In this document: positions 9,709 to 19,301 of the stretch, piece after piece
Layout of the letters: every line of letters starts with the position of its first letter
Position numbering within the stretch: position 1 is the first letter of the stretch
Assembly: GCA_964555185.1 (NCBI GenBank)
Contig: CAZKRD010000002.1
Span: 21,646 to 85,645 of the forward strand
Reading direction: 5' to 3'
DNA length: 64,000 nucleotides
Source of the DNA: an uncultured Candidatus Saccharibacteria bacterium
GTDB lineage: Bacteria > Patescibacteriota > JAQUNI01
The notes under the pieces: model-generated
Databases searched by the model: none
The model's input: the letters and a program-made list of their open reading frames with translations, nothing else
Told to the model about the DNA's origin: nothing
Program-made: the position numbers and the translations under genes

Positions 9709-10431
9709 ATGTTTGAAAAAATCCATCTTTCCGTCGTGCTTCCCGCGTATAATGAAGAAAAACGGATTGCCGAGACTTTGCGGGATTTGGACGATTACTT
9801 GGGAAGGCAAAAGTACACAAGCGAAGTAGTCGTTATTAGTGACGGCTCTTCGGACAAAACAGTGGAGGTAGTCCGTGGTTTAAATATCTCGCGGGTGCGC
9901 GTAATTGACAACAAAGAGAACCATGGCAAGGGTTATGTGGTTAGACAGGCGATGCTTGATGCCCGCGGAGAGTATCGGCTTTTTATGGACGCGGACAATT
10001 CTACCAAGATCACGGAGCTTGAGAATTTCTGGCCCTATTTTAACGAAGGATATGAGATCGTGATCGGTTCGATTGAAGTAGAAGGGAGTTCAATCCATGA
10101 AACCGCGGCTTGGTACCGGCGCGTTTTAGGCAGACTGGCCAAGCTCGTTATCCGCCTCTTGCTTATTTGGGATATTCACGATACCCAAAGAGGTTTCAAG
10201 TGTTTTACGGCCAAAAGCGTAAAAGCAATTTTTTCCAAACAGACGATAGAGCGCTGGGGTTTTGATATGGAGGTTTTAAAAATAGCGCGTGTTCAGGGTT
10301 TTAAGATTAAAGAACTGCCTGTGCAGTGGAGCAATCCCGCAGGGAGCAAGGTTACCTTGGGCGCTTATGTTTCAAGTTTTCGCGAATTACTTAAGATTAA
10401 ATGGAATAGTTTAAGAGGAAGATATAAGTAA
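9709..10431 (+). CDS. GT2 glycosyltransferase, dolichyl-phosphate beta-glucosyltransferase-like
   Basis: LSVVLPAYNEE, DGSSD, NHGKG, FMDAD, DTQRGFK, WGFDMEVL. Confidence 0.88.
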   Translation: MFEKIHLSVVLPAYNEEKRIAETLRDLDDYLGRQKYTSEVVVISDGSSDKTVEVVRGLNISRVRVIDNKENHGKGYVVRQAMLDARGEYRLFMDADNSTKITELENFWPYFNEGYEIVIGSIEVEGSSIHETAAWYRRVLGRLAKLVIRLLLIWDIHDTQRGFKCFTAKSVKAIFSKQTIERWGFDMEVLKIARVQGFKIKELPVQWSNPAGSKVTLGAYVSSFRELLKIKWNSLRGRYK

Positions 10432-10678
10432 TAATTTTCAATTTTCAAGTACCAATTTTCAATCAAATCATAATTTTCAAATAGATTTAATTTTCAAACA
10501 GTTTGAACATTTAGTCATTGGTTATTGAAAATTGATACTTGAAAATTGAAAATTGATTAAAAACCCTTCGGCAAGTTCAGGGTGGTGAGTATAGTCGAAC
10601 CATTGGTCATTGCCTGCCGAAGCTTCAGCGCAGGTGGGGAGCTTGATTGAAAATTCGAAAATTGTAAATTGAAAATTA
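10432..10678. repeat. Family C element with nested GC-rich palindromes (CCCTTCGGCAAGTTCAGGGT..GTCGAACC; CCTGCCGAAGCTTCAGCGCAGG)
   Basis: Shares a 57-bp identical block with the 5647 element. Confidence 0.85.
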
Positions 10679-10685
10679 TTGAACT

Positions 10686-11696
10686 ATGTCAAACAAAAAT
10701 AAAGACAAAATTTTGAAATCCGAACTCCGTCAAGATTTGGTCACCGGCAAATGGGTGGTGATCTCGCCTAAAAGAAAAAAGAGACCACACACCTCTTTTC
10801 GGGAGGCCCAGTATAAGCCTTTAGATCAGGGAGAGTGTATTTTTTGCGACCCCGCAGGTTCTGGCCAAGAGAAGGATGTTTTAATTTATGGAGAGGGAAA
10901 GGACTGGCGGGTTCGCGTTTTCCCTAACAAATACCCTGCTTTTCAAAAAGGGACTGATTTGCAAAAAAAGCTTTCTGGCCCTTATTTTGCTCAAAGGGCA
11001 ATTGGTTTTCATGAGGTACTGGTCACCAGGGATCATCTAAAATCTCTGGCCAATTTATCAAGAGAAGAGGTAAGCGAAGTTCTAGGCGCTTATCAGGAAA
11101 GGTATATTAAATTGATGAATAAGAAGTTTATTGATTATGTCTCTATTTTCCACAACCACGGCAAATCGGCAGGAGCCTCGGTTGTTCACCCCCATTCCCA
11201 GATTCTTGCGATCCCCGTGGTTTCTTCAGAGATTCGCGATGAGCTTTCCGGCAGTGAAGATTATTTTGTTAAAAATAAGGAGTGTGTTTTTTGCCGAATG
11301 GTAAGCGAGGAGCTGACTGTCAAGAAAAGAGTGGTTTATCAGAATGATTCGTTTGTTGCTTTTTGTCCTTTTGCTTCTAGGATGGGGTATGAGGTTTGGG
11401 TGATGCCGAAGATACACGAACCTTATTTTGAGAGACTGTCTAAAAAGGAAAGGCTCAAAGCTGCCGAAGCGCTTAAAACAACATTATTTCGTCTTTATAA
11501 ACTTTTGGATAATCCTGATTACAACTTCTATTTGCATACCTCTCCTTGTGACGGCAAGATTTACGACCACTACCATTGGCATCTTGAGATTCTGCCTAAG
11601 TTTTCCACCTGGGCCGGCTTTGAGCTGGGCACCGGGGTGGAGATTAATACGGTGGTGCCGGAGGCGGCGGCAGAGGAGTTGAGAAAGATTAGTTAA
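10686..11696 (+). CDS. galT: Galactose-1-phosphate uridylyltransferase (GalT/HIT family)
   Basis: SELRQDLVTGKWV, RVFPNKYPA, AGASVVHPHSQ, YHWHLEI, AGFELGTG. Confidence 0.9.
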   Translation: MSNKNKDKILKSELRQDLVTGKWVVISPKRKKRPHTSFREAQYKPLDQGECIFCDPAGSGQEKDVLIYGEGKDWRVRVFPNKYPAFQKGTDLQKKLSGPYFAQRAIGFHEVLVTRDHLKSLANLSREEVSEVLGAYQERYIKLMNKKFIDYVSIFHNHGKSAGASVVHPHSQILAIPVVSSEIRDELSGSEDYFVKNKECVFCRMVSEELTVKKRVVYQNDSFVAFCPFASRMGYEVWVMPKIHEPYFERLSKKERLKAAEALKTTLFRLYKLLDNPDYNFYLHTSPCDGKIYDHYHWHLEILPKFSTWAGFELGTGVEINTVVPEAAAEELRKIS

Positions 11697-11800
11697 AAAT
11701 TCAAAATTCAAAATGCAAAGTTGAATTTAAAGTTCAAGATTTGAGAAACTTTAAATTTTTAACTGTAATTTTGAATTTTGCACTTTGGATTTTGAACTAG
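11695..11800. repeat. Family D hairpin element (CAAAATT/AAAGTTC arm; TTTGAAT/TTTGCAC arm)
   Basis: Shares the AAACTTTAAATTTT..TGTAA core with 49272-49366. Confidence 0.75.
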
Positions 11801-11806
11801 CATTTT

Positions 11807-12301
11807 ATGCTCGATTACTCTCAATGGTTTGCAAACTTTCCACCTCAATTATCTACTTTTTTAATCGCCGCTCTGCCGATTTCGGAAATTCGTGGCGGCT
11901 TACCATTGGGTTATACGGTTTACCATCTTTCATTTTTTCAAAGTTTTTTTTGGGCTTTTTTGGGGAATTTAATTAGCGTGGCTGTAGTTTTGGCGGTCTT
12001 GGAACCGGTTTCTCAATATCTGTCGCGTCACTCCCAGCTTTCTAAACGTTTTTTTGACTGGCTTTTTGAGCGCACCAGAAAGAAGCATTCCCACAGATTT
12101 CAGCGCCGGGGCGCTCTTGCTTTGATCACCTTTGTAGCGATCCCACTGCCGATTACCGGGGGCTGGACCGGTGCGGTCGCGGCTTTTGTTTTTGGGATTC
12201 CTTATAAAAAAGCGCTGCCTTTAATTGCTTTGGGTATCTTGATTGCCGGGATCATTGTTGGCGGTTTGACTTTAGGAGGAGCTTATATGGTTAATTTTTG
12301 A
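11807..12301 (+). CDS. COG2426-like small multi-drug export family membrane protein
   Basis: LPISEIRGGLP, FVAIPLPITGGWTG. Confidence 0.85.
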   Translation: MLDYSQWFANFPPQLSTFLIAALPISEIRGGLPLGYTVYHLSFFQSFFWAFLGNLISVAVVLAVLEPVSQYLSRHSQLSKRFFDWLFERTRKKHSHRFQRRGALALITFVAIPLPITGGWTGAVAAFVFGIPYKKALPLIALGILIAGIIVGGLTLGGAYMVNF

Positions 12302-12306
12302 TTTTT

Positions 12307-13053
12307 ATGCGGAAAATTTTAATCATCGCTAATTGGAAAATGCACACTTCCTTAAAGGAGGGGAGGGAATTGGCGCGGGAGATTGATTGCGGCACAAGAA
12401 GAAAGGATTTGGAGATTGTGCTCTGTCCTCCGTTTACGCACCTTACCGCGGTTGGGAGTCAGATTAGAAATCTCGGTTTGGGCGCCCAGGATGTTTTCTG
12501 GCAGTCCGAGGGCGCTTATACCGGAGAAATTTCACCATCCACTTTAAAAGAGATCGGCTGTAAATATGTGATTATTGGCCATTCAGAAAGGAGGGAACAT
12601 TTGCAAGAGAGCGACCAGATGATTGCTAGAAAATTAGAAGCCTGTTTGGCTGTTAATTTAACGCCGGTTTTATGCGTCGGAGAGAAGCGAGAGGAAAGAG
12701 AGAAAAACAAGACTCTGGAAGTTTTAGAGGAGCAGTTAAGTTCAGATCTAAAAGATGTTGCCCGGATTGATTCCTTGGTTATTGCTTATGAGCCGGTGTG
12801 GTCCATTGGTACGGGTGAGACCGCGGAGCCTTCTGATATCGAAGCGACAGTCCGTTATATCCGGGAAACTATTGGCGCCAAATACGGTCAAGAAAAAGCG
12901 GACAAATTGAGGATTCTATACGGCGGCAGTGTTGATAGCGGGAACGTCCAGGGCTTTGTTCAAGAAAAAGATATTAACGGGGTTTTGGTGGGTGGCGCGA
13001 GTGTTAATTCGGAAGAGTTTATCAAGATCATTAAAGCAATCAACCAATTTTGA
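12307..13053 (+). CDS. tpiA: Triosephosphate isomerase
   Basis: ANWKMH, GAYTGEIS, IGHSERR, AYEPVWSIGTG, YGGSV, LVGGAS. Confidence 0.98.
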   Translation: MRKILIIANWKMHTSLKEGRELAREIDCGTRRKDLEIVLCPPFTHLTAVGSQIRNLGLGAQDVFWQSEGAYTGEISPSTLKEIGCKYVIIGHSERREHLQESDQMIARKLEACLAVNLTPVLCVGEKREEREKNKTLEVLEEQLSSDLKDVARIDSLVIAYEPVWSIGTGETAEPSDIEATVRYIRETIGAKYGQEKADKLRILYGGSVDSGNVQGFVQEKDINGVLVGGASVNSEEFIKIIKAINQF

Positions 13054-13065
13054 TTTTACAATACT

Positions 13066-13932
13066 ATGTTAGCCCAAGCGCGAGAATTAATGGAAAAAGC
13101 CCAGGCAGATGTTTATGCCTTGGGAGCTTTTAATACAAATAATTTGGAAGTGACGCAGGCGATTATCAGAGCGGCAAATGGAAAGAGATCCCCGGTGGTG
13201 GTCCAGGTTTCTGAAACCACGATCGGCTATGCCGGCCTAAAATCGATAACCCAGATTGTCTGCACGGTTGCGGAAGAGGAGGGAAAGGACGTGCCCGTGG
13301 CTTTGCATTTAGATCACGGACGCAGCTTTCATTCGATTGCTTCTTGCATTAAAGCCGGTTTCTCTTCTGTCCAGATTGATGCTTCTGATTTAGGGTTTGA
13401 AGAGAATATCAGCCTGACTCGTCAAGTAGTTGATTTTGCTCATGCCAAGAATGTGTTTGTTCAAGGGGAGTTAGGTCGGGTTGGCGGTATGCATGGCATT
13501 TTGGGAGAGGACGAAAAAAAACTTGAAAATATTGATTACACAGATCCCCTTCGGGCTAAGGAGTTTGTGAGGAGAACTAAAGTTGACTCTCTGGCAGTCT
13601 CTATTGGCACAGTTCATGGTCTTTATAAGGCGAAGATCCGTTTTGATATTTTGGAAGAGATTAGGAGTTTGGTTTCGGTTCCTCTGGTTTTGCATGGCGC
13701 CTCTGGTGTATTACCGAAAGAAGTGCGAAAGGCGATCAGGAGCGGGATTAATAAAATTAATATTGATACTGAATTGAGAGTGGTGTTTTTTAATGCTTTG
13801 CAGGCTTTCCTTGCTAAAAATAAAAAACAGACAGATCCGCGTAAGATTTTGGCCGCGGCTAGAGAGGCGGTGCAAGAGGTGGTCGCCGCTAAAGTGGAGC
13901 TTTTTGGCAGCGCGGGAAAAGCGAATTTTTGA
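13066..13932 (+). CDS. fba: Class II fructose-bisphosphate aldolase
   Basis: VALHLDHG, LAVSIGTVHG, PLVLHGASG, KINIDT. Confidence 0.95.
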   Translation: MLAQARELMEKAQADVYALGAFNTNNLEVTQAIIRAANGKRSPVVVQVSETTIGYAGLKSITQIVCTVAEEEGKDVPVALHLDHGRSFHSIASCIKAGFSSVQIDASDLGFEENISLTRQVVDFAHAKNVFVQGELGRVGGMHGILGEDEKKLENIDYTDPLRAKEFVRRTKVDSLAVSIGTVHGLYKAKIRFDILEEIRSLVSVPLVLHGASGVLPKEVRKAIRSGINKINIDTELRVVFFNALQAFLAKNKKQTDPRKILAAAREAVQEVVAAKVELFGSAGKANF

Positions 13933-13956
13933 AAAAAGTAAGTCTAATTTAAAAAT

Positions 13957-14976
13957 ATGGAAAAAATCAAAATTGCGATCAATGGTTTTGGCCGGATTGG
14001 CCGGACCGCTTTCCGAGCCGCGCTCGCTAATGAAAGTTTAGAAATCGTGGCAATTAATGACTTAGCCGATCTTCCCAATTTAGCTTATCTTTTAAAGTAC
14101 GACTCAATCCATGGCCGCTACGATGGCAAGGTGGAGGTAAAAGGCGATAAGCTCGTCGTTGTTCAAAAAGAATATCTTGCTTTAGCGGAAAAGGATCCAG
14201 AGAAACTTCCTTGGAAGAGTTTAGGAATTGATCTTGTTTTAGAATGCACTGGTTTTTTCACGGACAGAGAGGGAGCGGAAAAACATTTGAAAGCAGGAGC
14301 AAAGAGGGTGATTATTTCCGCGCCAACAAAGTCAGAAGATATCCCGACTTATCTTTTGGGGGTCAACCACGAGGCTTATCAGCCAAAGAAGGACTTGATT
14401 ATTTCGATGGCTTCCTGTACAACCAATGCTTTGGCGCCGACTGCCAAAGTTTTGGATGATGTTTTCGGTATTGAAAAGTCTTTGATGACCGTAATTCACA
14501 GTTATACTTCAACTCAAGGGTTAGTTGACGGCTCGCATCAGAAAGATTTCCGGCGCGGCCGGGCCGCGGGAGTTAATATTGTACCAACGACAACCGGGGC
14601 AGCGATTGCTACAACTAAAACGATCCCTGGGCTTGTTGGTAAATTCGACGGCATTGCCGTCAGGGTGCCCACTCCTTGTGTTTCTTTGGTTGATTTGGTT
14701 GCTTTACTCCAAAAAGATACCAGCAAGGAGGAGGTTAATAAAGCTTTTGGCGAGGCAGCCCAAGGCGAACTTCGAGGGATTTTGAATGTAACCAGAGAGC
14801 CTTTGGTTTCCACTGATTTCATCCATAGTCCTTATTCCGCGGTTGTTGATTTATCTTTAACCAGAGTAATCGGGAAGAAGTTAGTAAAATTATTGGTTTG
14901 GCATGATAATGAGTGGGGATATTCGGTGCGGTTAGTAGAGATGGCGGATTATGTAGGAAAAAAGCTTAAAGCATAA
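13957..14976 (+). CDS. gap: Glyceraldehyde-3-phosphate dehydrogenase type I
   Basis: INGFGRIGR, ASCTTNALAP, WHDNEWGY. Confidence 0.98.
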   Translation: MEKIKIAINGFGRIGRTAFRAALANESLEIVAINDLADLPNLAYLLKYDSIHGRYDGKVEVKGDKLVVVQKEYLALAEKDPEKLPWKSLGIDLVLECTGFFTDREGAEKHLKAGAKRVIISAPTKSEDIPTYLLGVNHEAYQPKKDLIISMASCTTNALAPTAKVLDDVFGIEKSLMTVIHSYTSTQGLVDGSHQKDFRRGRAAGVNIVPTTTGAAIATTKTIPGLVGKFDGIAVRVPTPCVSLVDLVALLQKDTSKEEVNKAFGEAAQGELRGILNVTREPLVSTDFIHSPYSAVVDLSLTRVIGKKLVKLLVWHDNEWGYSVRLVEMADYVGKKLKA

Positions 14977-15012
14977 GGTGACAAGCGTAAAGTCTTAAAG
15001 ATCTTCGTTTTT

Positions 15013-16149
15013 ATGAAGACAATTAAGGATATTAATTTAACGAACAAAACGGTTTTACTCCGTACGGGTTTTGATGTCCCGATCGAAAAAGGAAAAGTGG
15101 TTGATCACTACCGGATTGCTGCTGGCTTGCCCACGATTCGATATTTAGTTCAGAGGAATTGTAAAATTATCATTATTTTTCATATCGGAAGACCAGAAGG
15201 GAAGGTTGCTCCCAAGTTAGAGGTGGAACCGGTGCGTGCCAAGTTAAGTAGTCTTTTGGGGTGCCAGATTCCTCGAGCGGTTTCCTATCAAAAAGAGCAA
15301 GTAGCCCAGGAGGTTGCGGGTTTGCAGGGAGGGAGGATTTTGCTTTTAGAGAATTTACGTTTTTTGCCAGAAGAAATAGAGAACGATCAGGGCTTTGCCC
15401 GCGACTTGGCTTCCTTGGCGCAGATTTATGTCCAGGACGCATTTTCGGTTTTGCATCGCGACCATGCTTCAGTAACCGGTATTCCTAAATATCTTCCGAC
15501 GGTTGCTGGTTTATTGTTAGAAAAGGAGATCAAAAAATTACAACAGGCCAAAGAGGAGCCCTTAAAACCAGCGATTGTGATTATTGGGGGGGCGAAAACC
15601 GAGACTAAAATTCCGGTGCTGGATAATCTTTTAGCAGGGAATTTTGACCAGGCCCTGATTGGGGGGGTGGTCGCTAATAATTTTTTGATCAGTCAAGGCG
15701 TTGACCTGAAGAAATCGAGAATAGATGCGGATTTTATTGAGGATTCCCAAAAACTACTCAAGAAGTACAATTTCATTCTCGGTACGGGTTTCCGGGTTGA
15801 TGATGAGATAATTTTACCTTCGGATTTTGTTTGGAATGATCAGGACCAGATTTTTGATATCGGTCCCCAGACGATTAAACAATACCAGGGGATTATTAGT
15901 TCTGCCCAGACAATAATTTGGAACGGGCCGATGGGGGTTTTTGAAGAAGAGAAATTTGCTGGCGGAACCAGAGAAATTGCTAAGGCGATTTTGGGTTCTC
16001 GGGCTAAGAAGATTGTGGGCGGCGGGGATACGGTTGCCGCTCTTATCAAATTTAAGCTTCTAGACAAGTTTGATTTTGTTTCCACCGGCGGAGGAGTAAT
16101 GCTCAAATTTCTAGCAGGCGAGAAGTTGCCAGGCCTGGAAGTCTTGTAA
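15013..16149 (+). CDS. pgk: Phosphoglycerate kinase
   Basis: HIGRP, LLENLRF, GGAK, WNGPMGVFE, GGGDT, STGGG. Confidence 0.97.
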   Translation: MKTIKDINLTNKTVLLRTGFDVPIEKGKVVDHYRIAAGLPTIRYLVQRNCKIIIIFHIGRPEGKVAPKLEVEPVRAKLSSLLGCQIPRAVSYQKEQVAQEVAGLQGGRILLLENLRFLPEEIENDQGFARDLASLAQIYVQDAFSVLHRDHASVTGIPKYLPTVAGLLLEKEIKKLQQAKEEPLKPAIVIIGGAKTETKIPVLDNLLAGNFDQALIGGVVANNFLISQGVDLKKSRIDADFIEDSQKLLKKYNFILGTGFRVDDEIILPSDFVWNDQDQIFDIGPQTIKQYQGIISSAQTIIWNGPMGVFEEEKFAGGTREIAKAILGSRAKKIVGGGDTVAALIKFKLLDKFDFVSTGGGVMLKFLAGEKLPGLEVL

Positions 16150-16256
16150 CCTATAACCTGTAACCTATAACTTGTAACTCAAGAAATAAAACTTGGGTTA
16201 CAGGTTACAAGTTGTGAGTTATAAGACTTCCAAGTTACAAGTTATAGGTTACAAGA
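16144..16256. repeat. Family B hairpin element
   Basis: Near-exact reverse complement of 21211-21282 apart from one extra heptamer and one substitution. Confidence 0.9.
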
Positions 16257-16258
16257 CA

Positions 16259-17479
16259 ATGGGTAAATTAAAAAAATATTTTTCAATTTATATCGCCGTT
16301 ATTTTAATCCTGGGCGCTTTTGCGACCGGTCTTTATATTGGCCGCGGCAGAAGGGCGGGAGATGTGGAGACAGGCTGGCAGATTTTCAGCAGCATTATTG
16401 AAGGCAATGAAGAGAAGCCCAGTGAGGTTGATTTTGGTCTGTTTTGGCAGGTCTGGAATGTGATTGAGGAGAAATTTACGGACGGCCCCTTGGATTATCA
16501 AGAAATGGTTTATGGTGCTATTTCTGGTATGATTGATTCTTTAGGTGACCCTTATACCGTGTTTATGAAGCCCCAAGAAGCAGAAGAATTCGAGCAGGAA
16601 ATGCAGGGCAAGTTTGAAGGGATTGGCGCGGAAATTGGGATCCGCAATGACCATCTAACCATTATCGCCCCTTTGGCAGATTCGCCAGCAGAACAGGCGG
16701 GCTTGCGAGCGCGGGACATGGTTATCCAAATTGATGATTACGACGCGAGTGACATCAGTCTCCTTGAGGCAGTTACCCGGATCCGGGGTGAAAAAGGGAC
16801 CGAGGTTGTTTTGAAGGTTTTACGGGAAGGAGTAGATGATCCTTTTGAGATTAGGATTGTAAGAGATGAAATTAAAGTAGAAAGCGTTAAATGGGAGATC
16901 AAGGAGAATAACATCGCCCTGATTGAGGTCTCCCGCTTTGGCGAGGAGACAGAGGGCGAGTTTAAAAAAGCAGTAGGAAAGATTTTAAGTTCTGATCCAA
17001 AAGGGATAGTTTTAGATTTGCGCAACAACCCAGGGGGCTATTTAGACACGGCGGTAAAGATAGGGTCTGAATTTATTTCTAAAAAGGAGGTTGTGGCGAT
17101 TGAAGAATTCGCAGGCGGCGAGCAGAATCAATTCAGATCAAAAGGACCGGCCAGACTACAGGGTTTGCCGATTATAGTTTTAGTCAATGAGGGATCAGCT
17201 TCCGCCTCGGAGATTTTAGGGGGCGCTCTTCAGGATTACGGCATTGCCCGGCTGGTCGGTAAAAAGACTTTTGGCAAGGGGTCGGTTCAGCAGTTGGAAG
17301 AGTTTTATGATGGTTCCAAGGTGCGGGTAACGATTGCTAAATGGTTGACACCGAAAGGCCGTTATATTCATGAGGAGGGGATTGAGCCGGACTTTGAAGT
17401 AGACTTGAGCAATGAAGATATTAATGCAGACCGGGATCCGCAGATGGAGAGGGCGATAGAGTTATTGACCTCTGATTGA
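16259..17479 (+). CDS. S41 family carboxyl-terminal processing protease
   Basis: N-terminal TM, DPYT, GIGAEI PDZ, LDLRNNPGG, SASASEI, TFGKGSVQ; ATG 16259 preferred because the upstream in-frame part is repeat. Confidence 0.95.
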   Translation: MGKLKKYFSIYIAVILILGAFATGLYIGRGRRAGDVETGWQIFSSIIEGNEEKPSEVDFGLFWQVWNVIEEKFTDGPLDYQEMVYGAISGMIDSLGDPYTVFMKPQEAEEFEQEMQGKFEGIGAEIGIRNDHLTIIAPLADSPAEQAGLRARDMVIQIDDYDASDISLLEAVTRIRGEKGTEVVLKVLREGVDDPFEIRIVRDEIKVESVKWEIKENNIALIEVSRFGEETEGEFKKAVGKILSSDPKGIVLDLRNNPGGYLDTAVKIGSEFISKKEVVAIEEFAGGEQNQFRSKGPARLQGLPIIVLVNEGSASASEILGGALQDYGIARLVGKKTFGKGSVQQLEEFYDGSKVRVTIAKWLTPKGRYIHEEGIEPDFEVDLSNEDINADRDPQMERAIELLTSD

Positions 17480-17494
17480 AGTGATGATATATTG

Positions 17495-17602
17495 AATTAT
17501 TCTCATTATCCTAATTGTTCTAAAAAATGACCAAGCACCAACACCTTTTGGACATTGGGATTTATTTAGGTCAATTAGGTCAATTAGAATAATTAGAATC
17601 AT
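17495..17602. repeat. 9-mer-based inverted array (TTATTCTCA/TTATCCTAA/TTGTTCTAA vs TTAGGTCAA/TTAGAATAA)
   Basis: Same hairpin architecture as the heptamer families but with 9-nt units. Confidence 0.6.
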
Positions 17603-17617
17603 TTTTTATTTTGTTCT

Positions 17618-18067
17618 ATGAAGATTATTCTCCGAAAATCCCACACTAATTTAGGCAGTAAAGGAGATGTTGTTTTGGTCAAATCCGGTTTTGCCCGCAA
17701 TTTTTTGATTCCCAAGAACATTGCTCTTCCCGCAACAGAAAAGAGTATTATAATGATTAAAACCCAGGTTTTAGCGGAGAAAAAGGCCCGCCAGAAGACT
17801 CTAAAAAAATTAGAAAAAATGAAAGACAAGATTGCTGGACTGAAACTAGAGATTAAGGCAAAAGCGCAAGAGGGAGGCAAGCTTTTTGGTTCGGTGGGAA
17901 GGCTTAAAATTCAAAAGGCGCTGGAGAAAAAAATTGGCATTAAAATCCCAAAAACAAAAATAGACCTGGAACAGGCCATTAAGAGGGTTGGGGAGTATAA
18001 AGTTACTTTAAATATATCTTCAAAAATGAAACCGGAAGTGGGAGTACTTGTAACTCGCAGCTTGTAA
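17618..18067 (+). CDS. rplI: 50S ribosomal protein L9
   Basis: LGSKGDVVLVKSGFARNFLIP, GKLFGSV. Confidence 0.96.
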   Translation: MKIILRKSHTNLGSKGDVVLVKSGFARNFLIPKNIALPATEKSIIMIKTQVLAEKKARQKTLKKLEKMKDKIAGLKLEIKAKAQEGGKLFGSVGRLKIQKALEKKIGIKIPKTKIDLEQAIKRVGEYKVTLNISSKMKPEVGVLVTRSL

Positions 18068-18091
18068 CCTGTAACTTGTAACCCAAGGATT
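18048..18091. repeat. Family B half element overlapping the rplI 3' end
   Basis: TTGTAAC TCGCAGC TTGTAAC CTGTAAC TTGTAAC CCAAGGATTT; supplies the rplI stop codon. Confidence 0.75.
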
Positions 18092-18136
18092 TGTTTTAAA
18101 TAATTTAAGCTTGGTTCAATTCACAATTTTGCGAGT

Positions 18137-18164
18137 AGTATAACTTATTATTTCATTTTGTCAA
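18137..18164 (-). promoter_or_regulatory. Candidate sigma70 promoter TTGACA-N16-TATACT pointing antisense to rplI
   Basis: Near-consensus -35/-10 on the minus strand. Confidence 0.4.
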
Positions 18165-18214
18165 TATAAAAAAACAGCAAACTTTAACAATTGTTGCGTT
18201 TTACAGACCCAATC

Positions 18215-18493
18215 TTAAGATTTAATCACCGCGACAAAAGAGGTTTTTTTCAGTCTGCCTGTGAATTTATTGACTTTGCGGGTATAAAATTGAACTTTGC
18301 CGTCAGATAACGCAAAAAGCGTGTCATCGCCTGCCCGTTTAACATTTGTTCCAGGATGAAATTTGGTCCCGCGCTGGCGGATAATGATTTGCCCTTCTTT
18401 CACTTTTTGCCCGCCAAATATTTTAACCCCTAATCTTTTGGATTTTGAGTCGCGACCCAAAGAAGTCGAGCCGCCAGCCTTAGTGTGAGCCAT
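18215..18493 (-). CDS. rpmA: 50S ribosomal protein L27
   Basis: [36 protein letters not shown]. Confidence 0.98.
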   Translation of the reverse strand: MAHTKAGGSTSLGRDSKSKRLGVKIFGGQKVKEGQIIIRQRGTKFHPGTNVKRAGDDTLFALSDGKVQFYTRKVNKFTGRLKKTSFVAVIKS

Positions 18494-18499
18494 ATTTTT

Positions 18500-18594
18500 C
18501 TTGTAATGTGTAACCTATAACTTATAACTCAAGACAAGAAATCAAACTTGAGTTACGGGTTACAAGTTATAGGTTACACGTTACAAGTTACACG
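18500..18594. repeat. Family B hairpin element
   Basis: Loop CTCAAGACAAGAAATCAAACTTGAG flanked by inverted heptamer arrays. Confidence 0.88.
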
Positions 18595-18605
18595 ATTTTA
18601 ATAAA

Positions 18606-19253
18606 ATGGTCAAGTGGTTAAAACAAAATCAAAATAAACTGGTTTTGGTGATCGGCATTATTTTAGTTGCCGCTTCTGCTTTTGCCGGCGGGATGTTGTT
18701 TTCAGGCAGTGAGCAAAAAGAGCCGTTATCACTCTCGGAAATACCAGGGCAAGAGACTCTTTCTTTGTCTTTTGATACGGTTGACGGTTCGGTTGTTTTG
18801 AGCAAGACGGATCCAGGAGCGACCGTAAAACAAGGGGATCAAATTGTTCCCAGTGATCAGGAAGGCCGTTTTCAGTTTAATTTCAATCAAGGCACCGCGA
18901 TTTCTGTTTTTAACGAGAGTAATTTAATCAATCTAGACCTTAGGGGTTTTAGCGCCCCGCAGATTAAGGTAGAAAATTTAGGCAATATTCAAGGGACAGA
19001 GGATATTCGAGTTGCTGCTCCGAAAGAAACCAAAAGTCAAGAGCAGACTGATTCTGTAAGGGCGAACCAGGGTTCGCCCGCCCAAGAGACTCCCAAGACC
19101 GGCCAATTTGTCGGCAGCAAAAACAGCGATAAATATCACTTACCATCCTGTCGCTGGGTTAAGAAGATTAAAGAAGCGAACCAGGTTTGGTTTTCGTCCA
19201 CTGAAGAAGCAGCAAGCAAAGGTTACAAGCCATGCTCGCAGTGTCTTAAATAG
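18606..19253 (+). CDS. Membrane-anchored protein with C-terminal Ada metal-binding-like domain
   Basis: N-terminal TM; FVGSKNSDKYHLPSC..GYKPCSQC. Confidence 0.75.
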   Translation: MVKWLKQNQNKLVLVIGIILVAASAFAGGMLFSGSEQKEPLSLSEIPGQETLSLSFDTVDGSVVLSKTDPGATVKQGDQIVPSDQEGRFQFNFNQGTAISVFNESNLINLDLRGFSAPQIKVENLGNIQGTEDIRVAAPKETKSQEQTDSVRANQGSPAQETPKTGQFVGSKNSDKYHLPSCRWVKKIKEANQVWFSSTEEAASKGYKPCSQCLK

Positions 19254-19301
19254 TGTAATGTGTAACTTGTAACCCAAGTTAAATTTGAAATTACAAGAAG
19301 T

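Noticed and set aside
16193-16258. N-terminal extensions in the ORF track (e.g. MGYRLQVVSYK at 16193, MSYKLQVTSYK at 20537, also 4012, 4720, 5804, 9224, 29377, 46954)
   Set aside because: They are translations of intergenic repeat arms from GTG/TTG starts; downstream ATGs match family N-termini.
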